A stretch of 64,000 nt of DNA. It comes from the human T2T-CHM13v2.0 reference genome, Homo sapiens. How positions within the stretch are numbered: position 1 is the stretch's first letter; each line of letters begins with the position of its first letter. The DNA is taken from NCBI RefSeq assembly GCF_009914755.1, contig NC_060936.1. One strand, 5' to 3'. The notes beneath the pieces are model-generated. The model saw only the letters and a list, made by a program, of their open reading frames with translations, made no database searches and was not told where the DNA came from. The position numbers and the translations under genes are program-made. This document shows positions 42,301 through 55,200 of the stretch, one piece after another.

Positions 42301-44730
42301 GATATTTAAAGCACTTTGAGGCCTATGGTAGAAAAGGAAATATCTTCTTATAAAAACCAGAGAGAAACATTCTCAGAAACTACTTTGTGATGTGTACGTT
42401 CAACTCACAGAGTTTAACGTTTCTTTTGATAGAGCACTTTTCAAACACTCTTTTTGTAGAATTTGCAACTGTGTATTTAGAGGGCTTTGGGGCCTATGGT
42501 AGGAAAGGAAATATCTTCACATATAAACTAGACAGACGCATTCTCAGAAACTACTTTGTGATGTTTGTATTCAACTCACAGATCTCAACATTCCGTTTGA
42601 TAGAGCAGTTTTGAAACACTCTTCTTGTAGAATCTGCAAGTGGATATTTTGATCTCCTTGAGGCCTTTGTTGGAAATGGGATTTCTTCATATAAAACTAG
42701 ACAGAAGAATTCTCAGAAACTTCTTTGTGATGTGTGTATTCAACTCAAAGGGTTGAACCTTTCTTTCTATAGAACAGTTTTGAAACACTCTTTTTTTAGA
42801 ATTTCCAAATGGATATTTAAAGTGCTTTGAGGCTTACGGTAGAAAATGAAATATCTTCACATAAAAACCTGACAGAATCATTCTCAGAAACAGCTTTGTG
42901 ATGTGTGCATTCAACTCACAGAGTTTAACTTTCTTTACATCCAGCAGATTTGAAACACTCGTTTTCTAGAATTTGCAAGTGGATATTTAAAGCACTTTGA
43001 GGCCTATGGTAGAAGAGGAAATATCTTCATATAAAAACTAGACAAAATCATTCTCAGAAACCAGTTTGTGATGTGTGGGTTCAACTCACAGAGTTTAACC
43101 TTTTTTTTTTGATAGAGCAGTTTTGAAACACTCTTTTTGTATAATTTGCAAGTGGATATTTAAAGCCCTTTGAGTCCTATTGTGGAAAAGGAAAATCTTC
43201 TTATAAAAACTAGACAGATTCATTCTCAGAAACCAGTTTGTGATGGGTGAATTCAACTCACAGAGTTTAACCTTTCCTTTGATAGAGCAGATTTGAAAAC
43301 CTCCGCTTCTAAAGTCTGCAAGTGGATATTTGGACCTCTTTGGGACATTCGTTGGAAACGGGATTTCTTCATATAAAACTAAACAGAAGAATTCAAAGAA
43401 ACTTCTTTATGATGTGGGCATTCAACTCACAGAGTTGAAACTTCCTTTCAATAGAGCAGTTTTGAAACAATCATTTTTTTAGAATTTCCAAGTGGATAAT
43501 TAAAGCACTTTTAGACCTATAGTAGAAAAGAAAATATCTTCGTATAAAAAACAGATAGAATCCTTCTCAGAAATTACTTTGTGATGTGTGCGTTCAAATC
43601 ACAGTGTTTAACATTTCTTTTTATCCAGCTGACTTGAAACACTCTTTATGTAGAATTCAGAAGTGGATATTTAAAGCGCATTGAGGCCTATGGTAGAAGA
43701 GGATATATCTTCATATCAAAACTAGACAGATTCATTCTCAGAAACCAGTTTGTGATGTGTGCATTCAACTAACAGAGTTTAACCTTGTTTTTCATAGGGC
43801 AGTTTTGAAAGACTCTTTCTGAAGGGTTTGCAAGTGGTTATTTAAAGCGCTTTGAGGCCAAATGTAGAAAAGGAAAATCTTCATATAAAAACCAGACATA
43901 TTCATTCTCAGAAACCAGTTTGTGATGTGTGCGTTCAACCCACAGAGTTTAACCTTTCTTTTGATAGAGCAGTTTTGAAACACTCTGTTTGTAAAGTCTG
44001 CAAGTGGATATTTGGACCTCTTTGAGGCATTCGTTCAAAGCGGGATTTCTTCATATAAAACTTGACAGAAGTATTCTAAGAAACTTCTTTATGATGTTTG
44101 CATTCAACTCACAGTGTTGAAACTTCCTTTCGATAGAGCAGTTTTGAAACCCTCTTTTTTTTTGAATTTCCAAGTGGGTAATTAAAGCTCTTTGAGGTCT
44201 ATTATGGAAAAGAAAATCTTCATATAAAAACTAGACAGATTCATTCTCATAAACCAGTTTGTGTTGTGTGCGTTCAACTCAAGGAGTTAACCCTTTCTTT
44301 TGATAGAGAAGTTTTGAAACCCTCTGTTTGTAAAGTCTGCAAGTGGATATTTGGACCTCTTTGAGACATTCGTTGGAAACGGGAATTTTACATATAAAAC
44401 TTGACAGAAAAATTCTCAGAAACTACTTTTTGATGCGTGTATTCAACTTACAGATTTGAACCTTCCTTTCGATAGAGAAGTTTTGAAACACTAATTTTTA
44501 GAATTTCCAATTGGATAATTAAAGCACTTTGAGGCCTATCGTAGAAAAGGAAATATCTTCGTATAAAAAACAGATTGAATGATTCTCAGCAACTACATTG
44601 TAATGTGTGCGTTCAACTCACAGACTTTAAACTTTCTTTTTATCCAGTAGATTTCAAACACTCTTTTTGTAGGATTGGCAAGTGGATATTTAAAGCACTT
44701 TGAGGCCAATGGTAGAAGAGGAAATATCTT

Positions 44731-44792
44731 ATTATATCCTCTTCTATGATAATAATATCATAGATATAATATGATAATAATATCATATTATA
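44731..44792. other. ~60-bp AT-rich non-satellite insertion built of local inverted and direct repeats
   Basis: attatatcctcttctatgataataatatcatagatataatatgataataatatcatattata replaces the usual 'catataaaa' of the monomer. Confidence 0.9.
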
Positions 44793-47700
44793 ACTGGAAA
44801 CATTCATTCTCAGAAACCAGTTTGTGATGTGTGCGTTCAACTCACAGAGTTTAACCTTTCTTTTGATAGAGCAGTTTTGAAACACTCTGTTTGCAAAGTC
44901 TGTAAGTGGATATTTGGACCACTTTGAGACATTCATTGGAAACAGGATTTCTTCCTATAAAACTAGACAGAAGAATTCTCAGAAACTTCTTTGTGACGTG
45001 TGTGTTCAACACGCAGATTTCAAACTTCCTTTCGATAGAGCAGTTTTGAAACACTCTTTTTTAAAAATTTCCAAGTGCATATGTAGAGTGCTTTGAAGCC
45101 TATGGTAGAAAGCGAAATATCTTCATATAAAAACAAGACAGAATCTTCCTCAGAAACAACGTTGTGAAGTGTGCGTTCAATTCACACAGTTTAATATTTC
45201 TTTTGATAGAGCAGTTTTGAAACACTCTGTATGTAAGTCTGCAAGTGGATATTTCACTTCTTTTAGGCATTCGTTGGAAAAGGGATTTTTTTTCATATTG
45301 AACTAGACAGAAGAATTATGAGAGAATTCTTTGTGATGTGTGCACTCAACTCTCAGAGTTGAACCTTACTTTTGATAGAGCAGTTTTGAAACAGTCTTTT
45401 TGAAGAATTTCCAATTGCATATTTAGAATGATTTGAAGCCAATGGTAGAAAACGAAATATCTTCATATAAAAACTAGACAGACTCATTCTCAGAAACCAC
45501 TTTGCAATGTGTGCGTTCAACTCAGAGTATAACCTTTCTTTTGATAGAGCAGATTTGAAACACTCTGTTTGTAAAGTCTGCAAGTGGATATTTGGACCTG
45601 TTTGAGACATTCGTTGGAAAAGTGATTTCTCATATAAAACTATACAGAAGAATTCTGAGAAACTTCTTTGGGATGAGTGCAATCAACTCACTGAGTTAAA
45701 CCCTCCTTTTGATAGAGCAGTTTTGAAACACTCTTTTTGTAGAATTTCCAGGTGCATATTTGGAGTGCTTTGAAGCCGACGGTAGAAAACCAAACATATT
45801 CATATAAGAACTAGACAGACTCATTCTTAGGAACCACTTTCTGATGTGTGCATTCAACTCACAGTGTGTAACATTTCTTTTGAGAGAGCAGGTTTGAAAT
45901 AGTCTTTTTGTGAAATTTGCAAGTGGATATTTAAAGGGCTTTGGTGCCTAAGGCAGAAAACGAAATATCTTCATATAACAACTACACAGAAGCACTCTCA
46001 GAAACTACTTTGTGGTGGGTGCGTTCAACTCACACAGTTGAACCTTTCTTTTGATAGGGCAGTTTTGAAACACTCTGTTTGTAAAGTCTGCAGGTGGATA
46101 TTTGGACGTCTTTGAGGCATTCGTTGGAAAAGGGATTTCTACGTATACAACTAGAGAAAAGAATTTTGAGAAACTTCTTTGTGATGTGTGTATTCAACTC
46201 ACAGAGTTGAACCTTCCTTTTGATAGAGCAGTTTCAAAACACTCTTTTTGTAGAATTTCCAAGTGCATATTTAGAGTGCTTGGAAGCCTGTTGTAGAAAA
46301 CGAAATATCTTCATATAAAAACTAGACAAAATCCTTCTCAGAAACAGCTTTGTGATGTGTGCATTCAACTCACAGAGTTTAAATTTCCTTTGATAGAGCA
46401 GTTTTGTAACACCCTTTTTGTAGAATTTCCAAGCGAGTATTTAGATAGCTGTGGGGCCTATTGTAGAAAAGGAAATACCTTCACATAAAAACTAGACAGT
46501 AACATTTTCAGAAACTACATTGTGATGTTTGCATCCAACTCACAGAGTTCAACATTCCTTTTGATAGAGCAGTTTGGAAACAATATTTTTGTAGAATCCT
46601 CAAGTGGATATTTGGCCCTCCTTGAGACCTTCTTTGGAAATGGATTTCTTCATAGAAAATTAGACAGAAGAATTCTCAGAAGCTTCTTTGTGATGTGTGT
46701 CTTCAACTCACAGGGTTGAATATTCCTTTAGAGAGAGAAGTTTTGAGAACCTCTTTTTTTAGAATTTCCAAGTGGATATTCGAAGTGCTTTGAGGCCTGA
46801 GGTAGAAAAGGAAATATCTTCACATAAAAACTAGACAGATTCATTCTCAGAAACTACTTTGTGATGTGTGTGTTCAACTCACAGAGTTTAACCTTTCTTT
46901 TGATAGAGCAGATTTGAAACACTCTGTTTGTAAAGTCTGCAAGTGGATATTTGGACCTCTTTGAGGCATTCTTTGGAAAGGGGATTTCTCATATAAAACT
47001 AGACAGAATAATTCTGAGAAACTTCTTTGTGATGTGTGCATTCAACTCACAGAGTTAAACCCTTCTTTTGCTAGAGCAGTTTTGAAACACCCTTTTTGTA
47101 GAATTTCCAAGTGCATATTAGGAGTGCTTTGAAGCCGATGGTAGAAAACGAAGTATCTTCATATAAAAACTAGAGAGAATCATTCCCAGACACAACTTTG
47201 TAATGTTTGCAATCAATTCACAGAGTTTAACGTTTCTTTTGATAGAGCAGATTTGAAACACTGTTTTTGTAATATTTGCAAGTGGATATTTAAAAGTCTT
47301 TGGGACCCATGGTAGAAAAGGAAATATCTTCATATAACAACTAGACAGAAGCATTCTCTGAAACTTCTTTGTGATGGGGGCGTTCAACTCACAGACTTTA
47401 ACCTTTCTTTTGATAGAGCAGTTTTGAAACACTTTCTTTCCAAGGTCTGCAAATGGATATTTGGACCTCTTTGAGTCATTCAATGGAAAGGGGATTTCTT
47501 CATATAAAACTAGACAGAAGAATTCTGAGTAACTTCTTTGTGATGTGTGAGTTGAACTTTCCTTATTTTAGAACAGTTTTGAAATACTCTTTTTTTAGAA
47601 TTTCCAAGTGCATATTTAGAGTGCTTTGAAGCATATGGTAGAAAACGAAATATTTTCATATAAACACAGGACAGAATCATTCTGAGAAACTACTTTGTGA

Positions 47701-49267
47701 TGGGTGCGTTCAACTCACAGAGTTTAACCTTTCTTTTGATAGAGCAGTTTTGAAACACTCTGTTTGTAAAGTCTGCAAGTGGATATTTGGACCTCTTTGA
47801 GGCATTCGTTGGAAACGGGATTTGTTCATATAACACTACACAGAAGAATTCTGAGAAACTTCTTTGTGATGTGTGTATTCAACTCTGAGTTGAACCTTCC
47901 TTTCGATAGAGCAGTTTTGAAACACACTTTTGCACAATTGCCAAGTGCATATATAGAGTGCTTTGAAGCCTAAGGTAGAAAACGAAATATCTTCATGTAA
48001 AAACTAGACAGAATCATTCTCAAAAACAACTTTGTGATGTATGCGTTCAACTCACAGACTTTAAAGTTTCTTTTAATAGAGCAGTTTTGAAGCACTATTG
48101 TTGTAAAATTTGCAAGCGTCTATTTAGAGGGCTTTAGGGCATATTTTTTAAAAAAGGAAATATCTTCACCCAAAACTAGACAGTAGCATTCTCAGAAAGT
48201 ACATTGTGATGTTTGCATTCAACTCACAGAGTTCAAAATTCCTTTTGATAGGGCAGTTTTGAAACAAGATTTTTGTAGAACCTTCAAGTAGATATTTGGA
48301 CCTCCTTGAGGCCTACGTTGGAAACGGGATTTCTTCATAGAAAACTAGACAGAAGAATTCTCAGAAGCTTCTTTGTGATGTGTGTATTCAACTCACAGAG
48401 ATGAACATTCCTTTCGATAGAGGAGTTTTGAAATCCTCTTTTTTAGAATTTCCAAGTGGATAATTGAAGTGCTTTGAGACCTGGGGTAGAAAAGAAAATA
48501 TCTTCGTATAAAAAACCGACAGAATGATTCTCAGAAACTACTTTCTGATGTGTGCTTCAAATCACAGAGCTCAAATTATCTTTTGATAGACCAGTTTTGA
48601 AACATACTATTTGTAGAATTTCCAAGTGTATATTTAAAGCAATTGGAGGCCTATGGTGGAAAAGGAAATACCTTCACATAAAAACTAGACAGATTCATTC
48701 TCAGAAACTACTCTGTGATATGTGCGTTCAACTCATAGACTTTAACTTTTCTTTTGATAGAGCAGATTTGAAGCCATCTGGCTATAAAGTCTGCAAGTGG
48801 ATATTTGGACCTCTTTGAGGTATTCGTATGGAAAGGGATTTTTCATATAAAACTAGACAGAAGATTCTGAGAAACTTCTTTGTGAGGTGTGCATTCAACT
48901 CACAGAGTTAAACCCTCCTTTTGACACAGCAGTTTTGAAATATTCTTTTTGGAGTATTTGCAAGTGCATATTTGGATTGCTTGGAAGCCGACGGGAGAAA
49001 ACCAAATATCTTCATATAGGAACTACACAGACTCATTCTCAGAAACCACTTTCTGATGTGAGCATTCAACTCACAGTTTAACCTTTCTTTTGTGAGAGCA
49101 GATTTGAAACACTCTGTTTGAAAAGTCTGCAAGTGGATATTTGGACCTCTTTGAGGCATTCGTTGGAAACGGGATTTTCATATAAAACTAGAGAGAAGAA
49201 TTCTCAGAAACTTCTTTAGGATGTGTCCATTCAACCCACAGAGTTATACCCTCCTTTTGATAGAGAA

Positions 49268-49272
49268 GTTTT
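49268..49272. other. Alpha-satellite orientation switch (inversion breakpoint)
   Basis: Forward '...tttgatagagaaGTTTT' joins reverse-strand 'GTTTTctaccgtcagcttcaaagc...'. All monomers after this point are reverse-complemented. Confidence 0.95.
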
Positions 49273-52200
49273 CTACCGTCAGCTTCAAAGCACTCCAAAT
49301 ATGCACTTGGAAATTCTACAAAAAGAGTGTTTCAAAACTGTTCTATCAAAAGGAGGGTGTAACTCTGTGATTTGAATGCACACATCCCAAAGAAGTTTCT
49401 CAGAATTCCTCTTTATAGTTTTTTATGAAAAATCCCGTTTCCAACGAATTCCTCAAAGACGTCCAAATATCCACTTGCAGACTTCACAAACAGACTGTTT
49501 CAAATCTACTCTATCAAAAAAAAGGTTAAATTCTGTGAGTTGATGGCACACATCACAAAGCGGTTTCTGAGAATGAGTCTGTCTAGTTCTTCTATGAAGA
49601 TATTTGGTTTTCTACCGTCGGCTTCAAAGCACTCCAAATATGCACTTGGAAATTCTACAAAAAGAGTGTTTCAAAACTGCTCTATCAAAAGGAGGGTTTA
49701 ACTCTGTGAGTTGAATGCACACATCACAAAGAAGTTTCTCAGAATTCCTCTGTCTAGTTTTTATGAAAAATCCCGTTTCCAATGAACGCCTCAAAGAGGT
49801 CCAAATATACCCTTGCAGACTTTACAAACAGAGTGTTTCAAATCAGCTCTATCAAAAGAAAGGTTAAACTCCGTGAGTTGAACGCACACATCACAAAGTG
49901 GTTTCTGAGAATGAGTCTGTCTAGTTCTTACATGAAGATATTCGGTTTTCTACCGTCGGCTTAAAAGCACTCCAAATATGCACCTGGAAACTCAACAAAA
50001 AGAGTGTTTCGAAACTGCTCTATCAAAAGGAGGGTTTAACTCAGTGAGTTGAATGAACTCATCACAAAGAAGTTTCACATAACTCTTCTGTCTCCTTTTA
50101 AATGAGAAAACCCGTTTCCAACGATTTCCACAAAGAGGTCAAAATATCCCCTTGCAGACTTTACAAACGGAGTGTTTCAAATCTGCTCTATCTAAAGAAA
50201 GGTTAAACTCTGTGAGTTGAACGCAGACATCACAAAGTAGTTTCTGAGAATGAATCTGTCTAGGTTTTATGTGAAGATATTTCCTTTTTCCACCTCAGGC
50301 CCCAAAGCGCTTCCAATATCCACTTGGAAATTCTAAGAAAAGAGGTTTCCAAAACTACTCTATCGAAAGGAATATTCAATTCTGTGAGTTGAAGACACAC
50401 ATCACAAAGAAGCTTCTGAGAATTCTTCTGTCTAGTTTTCTATGAAGAAATCCCGTTTCCAACAAAGGCCTCAAGGAGGTCCAATTATCCACTTGAGGAT
50501 TCTACAAAAATATTGTTTCCAAACTGTTCTATCAAAAGCAATGTTGAACTCTGTGAGTTGAATGCAAACATCACAATGTAGTTTCTGAGAATGCTACTGT
50601 CTAGTTTTTGTGTGAAGGTATTTCCTTTTCTACAATAGGCTCCAAAGCCCTCTAAATACCCGCTTGCAAATTCTACAAAAAGGGGGTGACAAAACTGCTC
50701 TATCAAAAGAAACGTTAAACTCTGTGAGTTGAGCGCACACATCACAAAGTTGTTTCTGAGAAGGATTCTGTCTACTTTTTATATGAAGATATTTCGTTTT
50801 CTACCATAGGCTTCGAAGCACTCTAAATATGCACTGGGAATTTCTACAAAAAGAGTGTTTCAAAACTCCTCTATTGAAAGGAAGGTTCAACTCTGTGAGT
50901 TGAATACACACATCACAAAGAAGTTTCTCAAAATTCTTCTCTCTTGTTGTATATGTGGAAATCCCGTTTCCAACGAATTCCTCAAAGACGTCCAAATATC
51001 CACCTGCAGACATTACAAACAGAGAGTTTCAAAACTGCTCCATCAAAAGAAAGGTTCAACTGTGTGAGTTGAACGCGCCCATCACAAACTAGTTTCTGGG
51101 AGTGCTTCTGTCTAGTTGTTATATGAAGATATTTCCTTTTCTGCCATAGGCACAAAAGCCCTTTAAATATCCACTTGGAAATTTCACAAAAAGATTCTTT
51201 CAAACCTGCTCTCTCAAAAGAAAGGTTAAACTCTGTGAGTTGAATGCACACATCATAAAGTGGTTTCTGAGAATAACTCTGTCTCGTTTTTATATGAAGA
51301 TATTTGGTTTTCTACCATCGGCTTCAAAGCACTGCAAATATGCACTTGGAAATTCAACAAAAAGAGTGTTTCAAAACTGTTCTATCAAAAGGAGGGTTTA
51401 ACTCTGTCAGTTGAATGCACACATCCCAAAGAAGTTTCTCAGAATTCCTCAGTCTAGTTTTTTATGAAAAATACCGTTTCGAATGATTTCCTCAAAGACG
51501 TCCAAATATCCACTTGCAGACTTTACAAACAGAGTGTTTCAAATCTGCTCTATCAAAAGAAAGGTTAAACTCTGTGAGTTGTAGGCACACATCACAAAGC
51601 GGTTTCTGAGAATGAGTCTGTCTAGTTCTTATATGAAGATATTTGGTTTTCCACCATCGGCTTCAAATCACCCCAAATATGCACTTGGAAATTCAACAAA
51701 AAGAGTGTTTCAAAACTGCTCTATCAAAAGGAGGGTTTAACTCTGTCAGCTGAATGCACACATCACAAAGAAGTTTCTCAGAATTCCTCCGTCTAGTTTT
51801 TTAAGAAAAATCCCGTTTCCAACGAATGCCTCATAGAGGTCCAATTATCCCCTTGCAGACTTTACAGAGTGTTTCAAATCTGCTCTATCAAAAGAAACGT
51901 TAAACTCTGTGAGTTGAATGCACACATCACAATGTAGTTTCTGAGAATGAATCTGTCTAGGTTTTATGTGAAGATATTTCCTTTTTCTACCTCACGCCCC
52001 AAAGCGCTTCCAATATCCACTTGGAAATTCTAAAAAAAGAGGTTTTCAAAACTACTCTATTGAAAGGAATATTCAACTCTGTGAGTTGAAGACACACATC
52101 ACAAAGAAGCTTCTGAGAATTCTTCTGTCTAGTTTTCTATGAAGAAATCCCATTTCCAATGAAGGCCTCAAGGAGGTCAAATTATCCACTTGAAGATTCT

Positions 52201-55200
52201 ACAAAAATATTGTTTCCAAACTGCTCTATCAAAAGGAATGTTGAACTCTCTGAGTTGAATGCAAACATCACAATGTAGTTTCTGAGAATGCTACTGTCTA
52301 GATTTTGTGTGAAGGTATTTCCTTTTCTACAATAGGTTCCAAAGCCCTCTAAATACCCGCTTGCAAATTCTACAAAAAGGGTGTTACAAAACTGCTCTAT
52401 CAAAAGAAACGTTAAACTCTGTGAGTTGAATGCACACAACACAAAGTTGTTTCTGAGAAGGATTCTGTCTAGTTTTTATATGAAGATATTTCATTTTCTA
52501 CCGTAGGCTTCAAAGCACTCTAAATATGCACTGGGAATTTCTACAAAAAGAGTGTTTCAAAACTGCTCTATCGAAAGGAAGGTTCAACTCTGTGAGTTGA
52601 ATACACACATCACAAAGAAGTTTCTCAAAATTCTTCTCTCTAGTTGTATATGTAGAAATCCCATTTCCAAAGAATGCCTCAAAGACGTCCAAATATACAC
52701 CTGCAGACTTTACAAACAGAGTGTTTCAAAACTGCTCCATCAAAAGAAAGGTTCAACTGTGTGAGTTGAACGCGCCCATCACAAACTAGTTTCTGAGAGT
52801 GCTTCTGTCTAGTTGTTATATGAAGATATTTCCTTTTCTGCCATAGGCACCAAAACCCTTTAAATATCCACTTGCAAATTTCACAAAAAGACTGTTTCAA
52901 ACCTGCTCTCTCAAAAGAAAGGTTAAACTCTGTGAGTTGAACGCACACATCACAAAGTGGTTTCTGAGAATGAGTCTGTCTAGCTCTTATATGAAGATAT
53001 TTGGTTTTCTACAGTCGGTTCCAAAGCATCCAAATATGCACTTGGAAATTGAACAAAAAGAGTGTTTCAAAACTGCTCTATCAAAAAGAGGGTTTAACTC
53101 CGTGAGTTGAATGCACACATCCCAAAGAAGTTTCTCAGAATTCCTCTGTCTAGTTTTTATGAAATATCCCGTTTACAACGATTTCCTCCTAGAGGTCCAA
53201 ATATCGCCTTGCAGACTTTACAAACAGAGTGTTACAAATCTGCTCTATCAAAAGAAAGGTTAAACTCTGTGAGTTGAAGGCACACATCACAAAGTTGTTT
53301 CTCAGAATGAGTCTGTCTAGTTCTTATATGAAGATATTTTGTTTTCTACAGTCAGTTTCAAAACACTCCTAATATGCACTTAGAAATTCAACAAAAAGAG
53401 TGTTTCAAAACTGCTCTATCAAAAGGAGGTTTTAACTCTCTGAGTGAAATGCACAGATCCCAAAGAAGCTACTCAGAATTCTTCTGTCGAATTCTTCCAT
53501 CAAGTTCTTTATGAAAAATCCCGTTTCCAAAGAATGCCCCTAAGAGTTCCAAATATCTGCTTGCAGACTTCACAAACAGAGAGTTTCAAATCTGCTCTAT
53601 CAAAAGAAAGGTTAAACTCCGTGAGCTGAACGCACACATCACAAAGTGGCTTCTGAGAATGAGTCTGCCTAGTACTTACATGAAGATATTTCATTTTCTA
53701 CCATCGGCTTCAAAGCACTCCAAATATGAACTTGGAAATTCTACAAAAAGAGTGTTTCAAGACTGCTCTATCAAAAGGAGGGTTTAACGCTGTGAGTTGA
53801 ATGCACATATCCCAAAGAAGTTTCTCAGAATTCCTCAGTCTAGTTTTTTATGAAAAATCCCTTTTCCAACGAATTCCCCAAATACTTCAAAATATCCACT
53901 TGCAGACTTTACAGAGTGTTTCAAATCTGCTCTATCAAAAGAAAGGTTAAACTCTGTGAGTTGAAGGCACACACCACAAAGCGGTTTCTGAGAATGAGTC
54001 TGTCTAGTTCTTATATGAAGATATTGGGTTTTCTACCTTCAGCTTCAAAGCACTCCAAATATGCACTTGGAAATTGTACAAAAAGAGTGCTTCAAAACTG
54101 CTCTATCAAAAGGAAGGTTTAACTCTCTGAGTTGAATGCACACATCCCGAAGAAGTTTCTCAGAATTCCTCAGTCCAGTTTTTTATTAAAAAACCCATTT
54201 CCAAAGAATTCCTCAAAGAGGTCCAAATATCCACTTGCAGACTTTAAAAACAGAGTGATTCAAATCTGCTCTATGAAAAGAATGATTAAACTCTGTGAGT
54301 TCAAGGCACACATCACAAACTTGTTTATGAGAATGAGTCTGTCTAGTTCTTATATGAAGATATTTGGTTTTCTACCGTCGGCTTCAAAGCACTCCAAATA
54401 TGCACTTGGAAATTCAAAAAAAAGAGTGTTTCAAAACTGCTCTATAAAAAGGAAGGTTTAACTCTGTGAGTTGAATGCACACATCCCAAAGAAGTTTCTC
54501 AGAATTCCTCTGTCTAATTTATTATGAAAAATCCCATTTCCAACGAATTCCTCAAATAGGTCCAAATATCCACTTGCAGAATTTACAAACAGAGTGTTTC
54601 AAATCTGCTCTATCAAAAGAAACGTTAAACTCTTTGAGTTGAAGGCACACATCACAAAGTTGTTTCTGAGAATGAGTCTGTCTAGTTCTTATATGAACAT
54701 ATTTGCTTTTCTACTGTTGGCTTCAAAGCACTCCCAGTATGCACTTGGAAATTCAACAAAAAGAGTGTTTCAAAACAGCTCTATCAAAAGGAGGTTTTAA
54801 CACTGTGAGTTGAATGCACACATCACAAAGAAGTTTCTCAGAATTCTTCTGTCTCGTTTCTTATGAGAAATCCCGTTTCCAATGAATGCCTCAAAGAGGT
54901 CCAAATATCCCCTTGCAGACTTTACAAAAGGAGTGTTTCAAGTCTACTCTATCTATCTAAAGAAAGGTTAAATTCCGTGAGTTGAACGCACACATCACAA
55001 ACTAGTTTCTGAGAATGAATCTGTCTAAGTTTTATGTGAAGATATTTTCTTTTTCTACCTCAGGCCTCAAAGCACTTCCAATATACACTTGGAAATTCTG
55101 AAAAAAGAGGTTTTCAAAACTACTCTATTGAAAGGAATATTCAACTCTGAGAGTTGAAGACACAAATCACAAAGAAGTTACTGAGAATTCTTCTGTCCAG
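49273..55200 (-). repeat. Inverted alpha satellite: divergent ~1697-bp (10-mer) repeat plus ~339-bp dimer run
   Basis: ORF twins 50485/52182, 50855/52552 and 50982/52679 are all offset by 1697. 'gaatgagtctg' recurs about every 339 bp from ~52970 to ~54670. Confidence 0.88.

Larger units (their letters stand above)
22951..49272 (+). repeat. SF5-like alpha satellite: irregular mix of A-type (pJalpha) and B-type (CENP-B box) monomers with patchwork multi-monomer duplications
   Basis: 'cctatggtagaaaaggaaatatct' monomers alternate irregularly with 'ccttcgttggaaacggga' monomers and variants. The R1/R2 assignment is inferred from the irregular alternation. Confidence 0.85.
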
